The translations under genes and the position numbers were made by a program. Positions 12,564 to 22,991 of a stretch of DNA of 50,165 nt are shown here, one piece after another. The stretch comes from Macrostomum lignano. Taxonomy: Eukaryota. Position 1 is the stretch's first letter. Every line of letters starts with the position of its first letter. Under the pieces are notes generated by a model. It was not told where the DNA came from. It worked only from the letters and a program-made list of their open reading frames with translations, and did no database searches. Location of the stretch: the NCBI GenBank assembly GCA_002269645.1, contig NIVC01004331.1, positions 18,179 to 68,343 of the forward strand, given 5' to 3'.

Positions 12564-12676
12564 GGTGGCCTCTAAGCTTCTAAGGATACAGTGCAAGCTG
12601 CAGACAGTAGTACACGCCAAGGCAGTCAAAATGGCCTACAAACATATATAATAATGTCGCGGCAGCGCAGAGGCCC

Positions 12677-13038
12677 TTAGAACTGCTGCTGCCGGCGCTT
12701 CTTTTCATCAATAGCTTCCAGAATGGGCTGTCGCTTGAGCTTGTATCGAATGTGCAGATTCTCGATCTCCTTCTCCATGTCAACGTCAAGGCTGGCTAGC
12801 CTAGACTGCAGCTCCTCGTAGGTGAGCGCGGCCACGAAGTCCAGATTGCCGTCCTCGAATGCGCGTCGATAAGGCTGGAAGGCCTGCTGCACAGGGGACT
12901 GCTTGGACACTGGCTGCTGCTGCTGCTGGGGTGACCCGCCGTCCTGTCTGTCAAAGTAGGCAAGGTAGTCAGGCCTCGAGCCGCCGCCTTTGCCGCCACC
13001 TTTTCCGCCAGTGGCTGTCCTGTTCACTCGCATGGTGC
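12677..13038 (-). CDS. STK3/4: Hippo/MST kinase exon 4 of 4 (SARAH domain, stop)
   Basis: tag|GC ACC ATG gives EGTMR. FEDGNLDFVAALTYEELQSRLASLDVDMEKEIENLHIRYKLKRQPILEAIDEKKRRQQQF* is the MST SARAH domain. Confidence 0.95.
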
Positions 13039-13097
13039 CTAGCGGGTGTTAATTAGTACGATTGATTATTGTTAGTAGTGTGACAATCCAGCATAGC

Positions 13098-13598
13098 CAT
13101 TCACACAATCTCACACCTACATTCACACAATATCACATCCACATTCACACAATATCACATCCATATTCACACAATTTCACACCCACATTCACACTCTATC
13201 GCATCCATATTCACGCAATCTCACACCAACATCCACACACTAACACACCAACATTCACACAAATTCACACCCACATTCACACAAATTCACACCCACATTC
13301 ACACAAATTCACACCCACATTCACACAAATTCACACCCACATTCACACAAATTCACATCCATATTCACATCTCACACACATTCACACAATTTACGAGTAA
13401 CACCCACATTTACACACTATCACACCCACATTCACACACTATCACAACCATATTCACATCTCACACACATTCACGAAATTTAACACCCACATTTACACAC
13501 TATCACATCCACATTTACACAATCTCATACACACATTCACACAATATCACACACACATTCACACAGTCTCAAACCTACATTCACACAATCTCACACCT
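13098..13598. repeat. About 22-bp CA-rich minisatellite in Hippo intron 3
   Basis: Units such as cacacccacattcacacaaatt; related to 15062-16044. Confidence 0.9.
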
Positions 13599-13650
13599 AA
13601 AGACCACACGCGCTTTCACAATCCAGAGCATTCACACAATAATTGCCAAC

Positions 13651-13905
13651 CTTCATTGTCGTCGTCGCCGTCCTCGTCGCTCTCAACAATGACCATGGTG
13701 CCGGAGACGCTCTCGGCTAGGCTGTCCTCGTCCGAGTTGACAATCATTGTGTGCGAAGAGGACATGGTGCTGCTGCCAGTCAGGGTGGAGGTGCCGCCGC
13801 CGCGAGTTGAGCCGCCCGACGATGTGACAAGAGTGGCGGAGTCGCCCGCCCCGGCGGCTGCTGCTGCTGAATAGCCGGCGGCTTCCTTCATAGTGCCGGC
13901 CTCCT
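13651..13905 (-). CDS. STK3/4: Hippo/MST kinase exon 3 of 4 (linker)
   Basis: cag|AG GAG GCC GGC ACT ATG ... GTMVIVESDEDGDDDNEG|gttggc resembles the MST linker GTM motifs. Phase 1-1. An alternative in-frame acceptor lies at 13930. Confidence 0.85.
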
Positions 13906-13970
13906 CTGCGGTTGCAATTGATCGAATTACTATCGGTAATAATATTGATTGTAAATGGCGGAACTGGCAT

Positions 13971-14440
13971 TGTGAATAGCGGAATCTGAACTGTGAATAG
14001 CAGAATCTGAACTGTGAACAGCACAATCTGAACTGTGAACAGCACAATCTGAACTGTGAATAGCAGAATCTGAACTGTGAACAGCAGAATCTGAACTGTG
14101 AATAGCAGAATCTGAACTGTGAACAGCACAATCTGAACTGTGAATAGCAGAATCTGAAGTGTGAACAGCACAATCTGAACTGTGAACAGCACAATCTGAA
14201 CTGTAAACAGCACAATCTGAACTGTGAATAGCAGAATCTGAACTGTGAACAGCACAATCTGAACTGTGAACAGCACAATCTGAACTGTAAACAGCACAAT
14301 CTGAACTGTGAACAGCACAATCTGAACTGTGAATAGCAGAATCTGAACTGTGAACAGCACAATCTGAACTGTGAATAGCAGAATCTGAACTGTGAACAGC
14401 AGAATCTGAACTGTGAATAGCTGAATCTGAACTGTGAACA
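13971..14440. repeat. 21-bp minisatellite gaactgtgaa(c/t)agca(c/g)aatct filling Hippo intron 2
   Basis: About 22 units between the donor at 14459 and the acceptor at 13906. Confidence 0.96.
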
Positions 14441-14459
14441 GAGCAATCTTTTAGCTCAC

Positions 14460-14871
14460 CGTCAGAGTTCTCCGAATCGTCAGCCGGCCGACCGTCCTTT
14501 AATTTTGCGCTGCGCAGCTCCTCTGCCTCGCGCACCATGTCGCGCAGCACAAGATCTGGCGCCCCGGCGGCGGCTTTAATAAACTCGTGCTGCAACAGCC
14601 GCTCGGAACTGGGCCTATCAGCCGGATTCTTAATTAGACACTGGCTAACAAAATCGATAAACTCCTGCGACCATTTGTTGGGATTGCGGAAGCTGGGAGG
14701 CGGCTTAGTTGGGATCATGAACAGGGCGCGCATCGGGTGGATGTCGCCATAGGGAGGCTTGCCGTCGGCCATCTCGATAGCCGTGATGCCCAGAGACCAG
14801 ATGTCCGCCGAATAGTTGTAGCCAATCTCCTGGATCACCTCGGGCGCCATCCAGTAGGGCGTGCCGATCAC
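14460..14871 (-). CDS. STK3/4: Hippo/MST kinase exon 2 of 4 (kinase subdomains VIII-XI)
   Basis: cag|[54 protein letters not shown] ... ENSD G|gtgagc. Confidence 0.97.
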
Positions 14872-15061
14872 CTGAGGTGTTTTGGTTAAGTTATTGACAC
14901 TGCTGAACATCACACGCTCACACAGGGTGTACAGCAGCCCGAATTGCTCATCATTAAGCATGTACTCTCTGTGTCTTGGGGGCTGGTCGTCAAGGGCGAG
15001 AATCGCACGAAAAGCCTTGCACCAATTTTTGCACACGAGCCACAAATTTATGTGGCTGTAG

Positions 15062-16044
15062 TCACACCTATATTCACACAGTATCATACTTACATTCACA
15101 CTATATTACACTTATATTCACACAATCTCATACCTACATTCACACAATCTCACACCTATATTCACACAGTATCACACTTACATTCACACTATATTACACT
15201 TATATTCACACAATCTCATACCTACATTCACACAATCTCACACCTATATTCACACAGTATCACACTTACATTCACACTATATTACACTTATATTCACACA
15301 ATCTCGCGCCTACATTCACACAATCTCATACCTAGGTTCACACTATATGACACATATTCACACAATCTCATACCTACATTCACAAAATCTCACACCTATA
15401 TTCACAGTATAACACCTATATTCACACAGTATCAAACCTATATTCACACAGTATCAAACCTATATTCACACAGTATCACACTTACATTCACACTATATTA
15501 CACTTATATTCACACAATCTCATACCTACATTCACACAATCTCACACCTATATTCACACAGTATCACACTTACATTCACACTATATTACACTTATATTCA
15601 CACACTCTCGCGCCTACATTCACACAATCTCATACCTAGGTTTACACTATATGACACATATTCACACAATCTCATACCTACATTCACACAATCTCACACC
15701 TATATTCACAGTATAACACCTATATTCACACAGTATCAAACCTATATTCACACAGTATCAAACCTATATTCACACAGTATCACACTTACATTCACACTAT
15801 ATTACACCTATATTCACACAATAATCTCATACCTACATTTACAAAATCTCACACCCACATTCACACAATCCCGCACCTACATACACACAAGCTCACACCC
15901 ACATTCACACAATCTCACACCTATATTCACACAATAATCTCATACCTACATTCACACCATCTCACACCCACATTCACACAATCTCACACCCACATTCACA
16001 CAATCTCAAACCTACATTCACACAATCTCACACCTACATTCACA
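15062..16044. repeat. 22-bp CA-rich minisatellite with 88-bp (4x22) higher-order repeat, Hippo intron 1
   Basis: Recurring tetramer cacacctatattcacacagtat / cacacttacattcacactatat / tacacttatattcacacaatct / catacctacattcacacaatct. Confidence 0.92.
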
Positions 16045-16049
16045 TGTGA

Positions 16050-16156
16050 GAAGTGCTCAGCCCAGTACACACTGTGGCCAAAGACGGAATCGAACCCGTG
16101 TCACCTCGTCAGCGCGAGAGTCAGACACGGTAACCGCTGATCTACTCAGCTGCCCC
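16050..16156 (-). mobile_element. tRNA-derived SINE head, family B
   Basis: Minus strand ggggcagctgagtagatcagcgg (A box) ... gggttcgattccg (B box); no complete cloverleaf. Confidence 0.65.
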
Positions 16157-16224
16157 ACCACCCGAGCTGTTATTATCAACGGTCATCAACAGTAAAAACT
16201 GAAAATAGTTCAGTACAAACTCAC

Positions 16225-16743
16225 AGTATTCCTCTTAGCCATGGTGTCAGTGAGCTGTCCGGCAACACCAAAATCCGCTAATTTAGCCTGGCCCTGCGAA
16301 TTCAACAGTATATTGCCAGCCTTAATATCCCTGTGAATCTTGCGCCTCTGATGCAGGTACTCCAATCCTTTCAGTGTATAAGCCAGTACTGTGGCTATCT
16401 CCATCTCTGACAGGGTTTTACCCCTCAGTCGCATAATATCTGACACTGAGCCAGCGCCGCAGTACTCCATTATAATCCACAGGTCAGCATCTTTGAAATA
16501 GCTGCCGTAGTATTTCACAATGTAGGGCGAATCGCATTGTTGCATAATCGATATCTCTTTAATAATCTCTTGCAGATCTGTGTCAACTGGCACCTTCTTA
16601 ATAGCCAAGGTGTGGCCAGTAGCCATGTGTTCAGCCTTGTACACACTGCCATAGCTGCCTTTGCCCAGCTTGCTCACTATGCTAAACACTTCATCTGGTG
16701 GCTTGGCTAATGAAGCCTCATCCAGCTTCTCAAAGGCTGACAT
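16225..16743 (-). CDS. STK3/4: Hippo/MST kinase exon 1 of 4 (kinase N-lobe to activation loop)
   Basis: MSAFEKLDEASLAKPPDEVF..LGKGSYGSV..AIK..HRDIKAGNILL..DFGVAGQLTDTMAKRNT|gtgagt. In-frame TGA just upstream of the ATG. Confidence 0.97.
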
Positions 16744-17834
16744 TGTTCACTTGTCTCACTGATGCTGGTCAAATATTTATACTGTCTTGACAGGCCTGTG
16801 AACTTAGATAGCTAGACAGCTTAGTCTGACCAGTGTCTGTCTGTTAGTCTTTAATGTTTTGCTACTTTTGTAGCTAATTGCATGAAAAGAATTGGTATTA
16901 ATCAGGTGAGGTATATCTAGTATGTTTCATATACTGAATATACCTCTTAACATAGTAATATAGATCTAAAGTGAAATTTGGTTTTTTAATTACAATTTGG
17001 TTGATATAATTAACAAAAAAGACAATATGCCAAATGGCAGAACTAATTAATCATATATTTTTATATTCTTATATAATATATTTTAATCTGTAAGTTATTT
17101 TTGATAAAAAAAGCTTATTGTTAGAAAAAAAACTGGCATAGTCTATTTAATGAATAATTTCTAATAAATAAGTAGGCAATTAGTAGGTGACTAAGTTTAA
17201 AAATACCAAATTGAATTAATGTTACGTCTTTTTAAATTTTATTGCTAGACTTTTATGATTTATTTAAGCATAATATATTATAAAATGCTATAATTTGCTA
17301 GGCAAGAAATTGAGCCTTGACCCAATTGAAATTCTAAGGCTATTGTATATTCCTATGTGAGTATATGCTTATATAAAGGACTATATTTAAATATACAGAT
17401 ATTTATTTGTATGTTTAAATGTTTTATTCAATTTATTTTTTAATTTTTTAATAAGATTTAACCTTGTTTATCATTAGACATAGCTATATACCCTTCTTTA
17501 TACCTAGGGATTGGTCTTCAAGGCTGTCACTTTAACCAAAATTAATATAATTTTATATAGAACTGAGCCTAGGCCAATAAAACATAGCAAATATAAATAT
17601 AAATATATCAAGACTTGATTTGGCATAAGATTTGAGTCTTAAAATCAATTATAATTAGATTATCTAATTCTAATTACAATATAAATACCATTTTGTACCT
17701 AAACTATAAGGTTAGATATGCCAATAGTCTAAGTGGTCTTTGCAATAAAATATTCTGGTATAAACAAGGCCAAGGGACCCTAATGAACTTGATACATATG
17801 ATAACTGCTAGTATAAATTAAAATGAGTTCTAAG

Positions 17835-18111
17835 CATACATGCACAACCTCCAAAATTCGGTCGGCCGTGCGACTTAGTTTTAACAAAAATGCGACATAG
17901 TTTTTGGCTAAAAATGCGACTTGCATGTAAAAAAACCTAAAGCAAAATTTGGGTAAACGGCAGGAGTAACTATGACTGTCTTATTAAGCCAAAATGCCTC
18001 ATCAGCTACTTAGTACTACTACTTGGGTGTTTCTTGGGTGGGCATTTTTGCGACTTCCTTGGTTGGCTGCCAAATTGGTCAACCGGATCGGCCGACTGTT
18101 GCGCATGTATG
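17835..18111 (+). mobile_element. hAT-type MITE, copy 1 (carries a 28S rDNA fragment)
   Basis: TIRs catacatgcacaac / gttgcgcatgtatg; perfect 8-bp TSD gttctaag at 17827-17834 and 18112-18119. Confidence 0.9.
17951..18014 (+). other. 28S rRNA-derived fragment (H69-H71 region) inside MITE copy 1
   Basis: gggtaaacggcaggagtaactatgactgtcttattaagccaaaatgcctcatcagctacttagt aligns to the conserved eukaryotic gggtaaacggcgggagtaactatgactctcttaaggtagccaaatgcctcgtcatctaattagt. Confidence 0.9.
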
Positions 18112-18386
18112 GTTCTAAGAATAACATGAATTTGCTATGAAACATTCTATTTCTTGCATACACTATGCTCTATAGCAGTCAAGATAGAATTCTTATATTT
18201 AGTATATCCAATACAGGTATACATTTTCTATTACATGCAAAATATATGGCTCTTGGTACATTATGGCAGAAAATTCTAATATTGTATATCGACAAAAATG
18301 TAAGTGAATTGGTGCATTTAGTACATAACAAAAGCCTAGTAGAATTTTTTAGCCCACAGTGGCATATAGCAAAAGCTGGTTAGAAA

Positions 18387-18683
18387 CATACATGCGCAAC
18401 AGTCGGCCGAATTGGCCGATCCAGCCAACTGATTTGGTGGCCAACCAAGATAAGTTGCAAAAATGCCCACCCAAATGATTACCAAAGTAGTACTAAGTAG
18501 ATGACGAGGCATTTTGCCTTGATAAGACAGTCATAGTTACTCCTGCCGTTTACCCAAAGTTGCATTAATTTTGCCTTAGGGTTTCTTTTACATGTAAGTT
18601 GCATTTTTGACCAAAAACTATGTCGCATTTTTGTTAAAACTAAGTTGCATGGCCGACCGAATTTTGGAAGTTGTGCATGTATG
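18387..18683 (-). mobile_element. hAT-type MITE, copy 2, inverted relative to copy 1
   Basis: Same TIRs; a different 8-bp TSD, gttagaaa / attagaaa (7 of 8 match). The body is the reverse complement of copy 1 with indels. Confidence 0.88.
18492..18555 (-). other. 28S rRNA-derived fragment inside MITE copy 2
   Basis: Reverse complement gggtaaacggcaggagtaactatgactgtcttatcaaggcaaaatgcctcgtcatctacttagt. Confidence 0.9.
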
Positions 18684-18735
18684 ATTAGAAAAAATAGCTT
18701 ACCTAAAATTTTATCCACATATCATTATATGCAAT

Positions 18736-19495
18736 CAGTGGTGTGATTGGCAAAGGGCCATTTTTTTCGCGCCTCACAAAAAAATTTGCGCCATTGTTTA
18801 CTAGTTTAAATAACATGCTAACTACATATATGTACATATAGAAAACCCATATTTTTATGGTTTTTGCTTCTTTTTTTCCAGCACTAAGGATCAATCCTTG
18901 CTGTGGCAGTACTTTACCACTCATAAGTTTGGCCTGCACAACTAAAAAGCGAGCAGCAAATGTCCTTGGACAAAAATGGGTGTCAAAACTTCATGGTATT
19001 TGATTTCTAAACTTTTTTGAAGGACACTCTGGGGCAGGCAATGGCTATTCCTAACTTCCTGCTCAACAGCCTTCCATTTCAGCACTTGCTTAGCAATTCT
19101 TTCAGCTTCCTTCAATTTCTTCTGCTGGAGCTTGCATTTCTCCTGTTGAAGCTGTTCCAACTCTTGATCCTTCTCCTTGTTACGAGTCAGCTCCAGTAGC
19201 AGTCATTGGAGCTCTCTTCAGTCTGCTTCCATTTTGACTGGATCTTGTCTTCTTTCATTTTCAGCTGCTGCTCCAGATCCAGATTTGCATGTATTGTACA
19301 CCATAACATAAAGTTTAAATTTGAATAAAGTGTGCGTGAATAGACTAAATGTGATCAGTTCATCAGTAAAAAATGAAAATTTGAAAATTAAAAAATCGCG
19401 CCTCTGCTTGATGAAAATTTGCGCCTGCCCTCAGAAATCGCGTATTAGCGCCTTTTTCGCGCCTGGCGCAAATTCACGCCTCAATCACACCACTG
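18736..19495. mobile_element. Non-autonomous hAT element with a captured coiled-coil coding fragment
   Basis: Perfect 14-bp TIRs cagtggtgtgattg / caatcacaccactg; perfect 8-bp TSD tatgcaat; subterminal gcgcc motifs. Confidence 0.92.
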
Positions 19496-20718
19496 TATGC
19501 AATGCATAAAAGTTTTGATACATTTTTTTGTTATCATAATTGATATATGCCAATTAAACAATTGATCTTTAGTATAAATGCCATGACTAAAACAAATCTT
19601 GCAGCTGCTATCTTGCAACTCTGTGCTTGATCAGCTCTATATGTGGCTTTTTTCTGAGTGAGCATAGAAGCACTATGTGGTATGTATTTTTATGGCCAAG
19701 GGTATGCGAACAAATGCATGCTGCTTGCAACAAGAAGCACTTATTAAAATTTATGTTTAGATTATATTATTTAGGATAATATCTTTTCTAATTTAAAACT
19801 GTATATAATTTCTATACTTTTGACAGAATTTACAATGTCACATTCCATATGGGCATAGTCCAGATCATGGCAGGCATATGCCAGCATGAAAATTAATGTT
19901 TTTTTTCAATTTAATGCCAACATAAAAAAAAATTTTTTATGCCAAGACTAAAATTGTTTATATGCCATTTTTTAACAAATATATATATTTTTAGGAATTC
20001 TTAACTTTACTAAACTTTAAAACAGCTGTTTTTTTGCTAAAAATGATATTCTTTGTTTTATTATTGATTTTATTGTGACTGCATTAATATTTTTTATCTA
20101 AGTTTTCAAATATTTTTTAAAGAGCTTTCAACGTTGGTTGATATTTAACTACACAATTATATTAGCCTTGAACTTGGCTATTTTTTGTAAGTTGACTGTG
20201 TACACTTCATGTTAAACCTAAAAATTCTATATGCCAAGTATATGCCAAGATTGTCAGCAAAAGCAAAAATATGCCAGAAAATTCTAGTGTAAAGGCCACC
20301 TTCCAAACTATTGGTCACATCAAATGTTTGAATGCAATAGTATATCTGAATATAAAACTAGTGTGCAGCCTAAATAAAGTAAAATTAAAGAACATAGGGA
20401 AGCCTATTAATCTAATTTTTAATGTAGTTTCCCATTTTTTCAAACCAATAATCATTACTATATAAAGAACAAGCTATTGAAACTTGTGGATTTTGAACCA
20501 GCTAAATTCCAATCTTCAGAACTATTTTTTTATATATATTCCATTAAAAATAAATTACAATTAGCCTACAATAATAATCAGTTTGCTTGCATTTTTTCCT
20601 ATGGTATTTATTGGTTCCATAATAGTAGTAATTCTATTAATATTTTTAATAAATATAATAATAAATGCTCTCTAATCTGTTTAAATGCCAAATAGCCAAT
20701 TTAAAAGCTATATACTAC

Positions 20719-20740
20719 CAAGGACTTCTAGAAGTCCTTG
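20719..20740. mobile_element. 22-bp perfect palindrome flanked by an 8-bp direct repeat (minimal hAT-like remnant)
   Basis: tatactac-caaggacttct|agaagtccttg-tatactac. Confidence 0.65.
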
Positions 20741-22332
20741 TATACTACACCTTGTTGCAGATTGACTGTTGCCATTTCGACTATTACCAGATTGTCCCAT
20801 TGCCAGATTGACTAGATACTATCTATGCCACTGCTCTATACTACAGTGTTCAAAGCTAAAATAAGGAATGTCAAAAAATTATTAATACTTTTTGTCTTTT
20901 TGGCAGGAATGCAAGCTGAGAATGAGACATTGTCATTAATGCCAATGGATCAAAGTCAACAAATTTATTAAATATTTTAATTAGGCCTTATTTGGTCTAT
21001 ATCTATCTTAAACAATAAACTCACAAAAAACTTTTTAAAGTGCCATCCTAAATTATTATTTTCAACTATAAAATGGAGCAGCTTCTGAACAATTATAATT
21101 TATTCAAGAAACAACCGACCGACCGATATATCCATATTATAGACCACACCATAATTTTTCCTGCAAAAGCATTTTAGAACATATTCATATGATTATGGGC
21201 TGAATTTAGATTCAAACTTTATCTATGATAAGCTTCGAAAGAGCCTCCCTGTAAAAATTGAAACGTTTCTTATTATTTCTTGCATAATATTTTGTTTTAT
21301 TTTTACCTAATATCAGATATACTTTAAATATTTTTTTGATCGGAAAAAATTCAAAGTACACGAGGTCATTTGCTTCGTATTTTGAAACAAGAATTTATTT
21401 AGTCTAGAAGCATAAATTAAACAAATTCTCCTTTCGTTTCGTTATCATCACGTGTTGGAATGGAATCTGAAGTATGTACATTTCACACTCATTGTAGATC
21501 AGGTACAGCAGGTACGCATGCATAAATAACGAAACAAAGGGTCACGAACTGAAACTCAATTTGAGCAAGAAGTTTTATATTTGTTTAAAACAAAGATGTG
21601 CTTTATTTTTTATTTTAATATTTTTTCAGCTGAAAATCGGGCATCATTTATGAATACTGCGGCCGCTGTAGACAGAATGTTTTAGCAAAGAATAGAGGCT
21701 GCACATCGACGATATATATAGTTGACCCGAATGAAGAAAAGCTTGTGTTTTAATCTTAAAACAAAGAAATATTTAGACAGAAACTATAAGAAGATTGAGT
21801 CGTACCTTTTTCCTTTAGTGCGCATGCACTGACAGCTGTTCGCTTCTCTGTTACGTAGGATAGTGAAATTAAAAGCAGAAAGATAAAAAACGAATAAATT
21901 TTAAAATAGAAATTAGTTTGACTAAATTTAATCAACAAACTGTAAAACAAGGCGGCACTATTCAATAGAACGAAAAAAGGCAGCCAAATGGCATGGAAAG
22001 CCAGGACTGAGCCGACTTAATCTGAGACTAGCATAGGAAAAAGGAAAAATTGAAATAATTTGCCAGATAAAAGAGCATTTCAAAGTTACAAAGAAAATCA
22101 GGGGTGGAAAAGTTTGCAAAAAAATCACGAATCGACCAGTCTGTCTGCATTAGGAAAAAATACTCGAGAAACTGAAGCGGAATACTCGATCAACAGAAGC
22201 TAAACAAAAAGTTAAGACAAAGTAACACAAAACTGAAACGAAAAGAGAAGATTAAGCAGCAAATTTTGATCCATCAAATACGAGAAGACAACTTTTTTCG
22301 TTCGGGAATGTTGCACGCAGCTGCATGCTTCG

Positions 22333-22498
22333 GCGCAACCTTGGGATTCACCCGGCCGCCTCTATTGGAAACACACACATGTAAGTCCCTATTGAACAGA
22401 ATAGTAGTCACGTGACTGCTCTCAGCCAGACTTACAGACTTACATGTATGTGTTGCCAATAGAAACGGCCGGGCGATTCCCAAGGTTGCGCATGTATG
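22333..22498. mobile_element. Fold-back MITE sharing the catacatgcgcaac terminus with the 28S-carrying MITE
   Basis: About 55-bp inverted arms (22333-22387 and 22437-22498). The right end is gttgcgcatgtatg; the left end is degraded; the centre is agtcacgtgact. Confidence 0.7.
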
Positions 22499-22991
22499 GA
22501 CCTGCTGTGACAGGAAAATAGTAGCAATTTTTTTATTAACTGAAAATAACAACAGAGCAGAGCCAAAAAAAGTTTTCGACGACACACCAGCAGACAGACA
22601 GGGCCAGCGTGCCAAAGTTCCCAAGCGCTAATACCAGAGTACTCCTGTAATAAAGACAAAAGTACAAAGGTACGAATCGATTACTATAGGCGTTTCCGGT
22701 CAAGTAGCAATATAAGTCAGTTCAAAGTGCGTGGCAACAAGCCAAATTGCCAATTCAGAGATACGAAAAGACCAAGTCAAGTGCATCAAGTGCAAGTGAG
22801 TCTTCTCCTCGGTCAAATACGTCTTATCGATCGCTGCTTGTCCCCATCGGATATTCTGGCTCGTGTAGCAGCCATTTTACTGCTGAGTTGGATTGGCCTT
22901 TTGTATGCATCAGCGTTGATAAGCGCAGCTCTAATTGGCTAATTTGCACTTGATTTGGGCTATGTTCAACTTGAGAGTTGGATATTGTACT

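Noticed and set aside
17951-18555. Calling the 28S matches rRNA genes
   Set aside because: Only 64 bp, embedded in TSD-bounded MITEs, with non-compensatory changes in H69.
17835-18683. A single large fold-back element with 280-bp arms
   Set aside because: Each arm has its own TIR pair and its own different 8-bp TSD, so these are two insertions.
19840-21470. TEAD-like sites (CATTCC/GGAATG) upstream of Hippo as a feedback loop
   Set aside because: Only 3-4 sites in about 4 kb, too close to chance expectation.
22600-22960. Short ORFs 22727-22942 and 22747-22953 as a separate gene
   Set aside because: No homology and no coherent splice model; the region probably belongs to the TMEM131 3'UTR.
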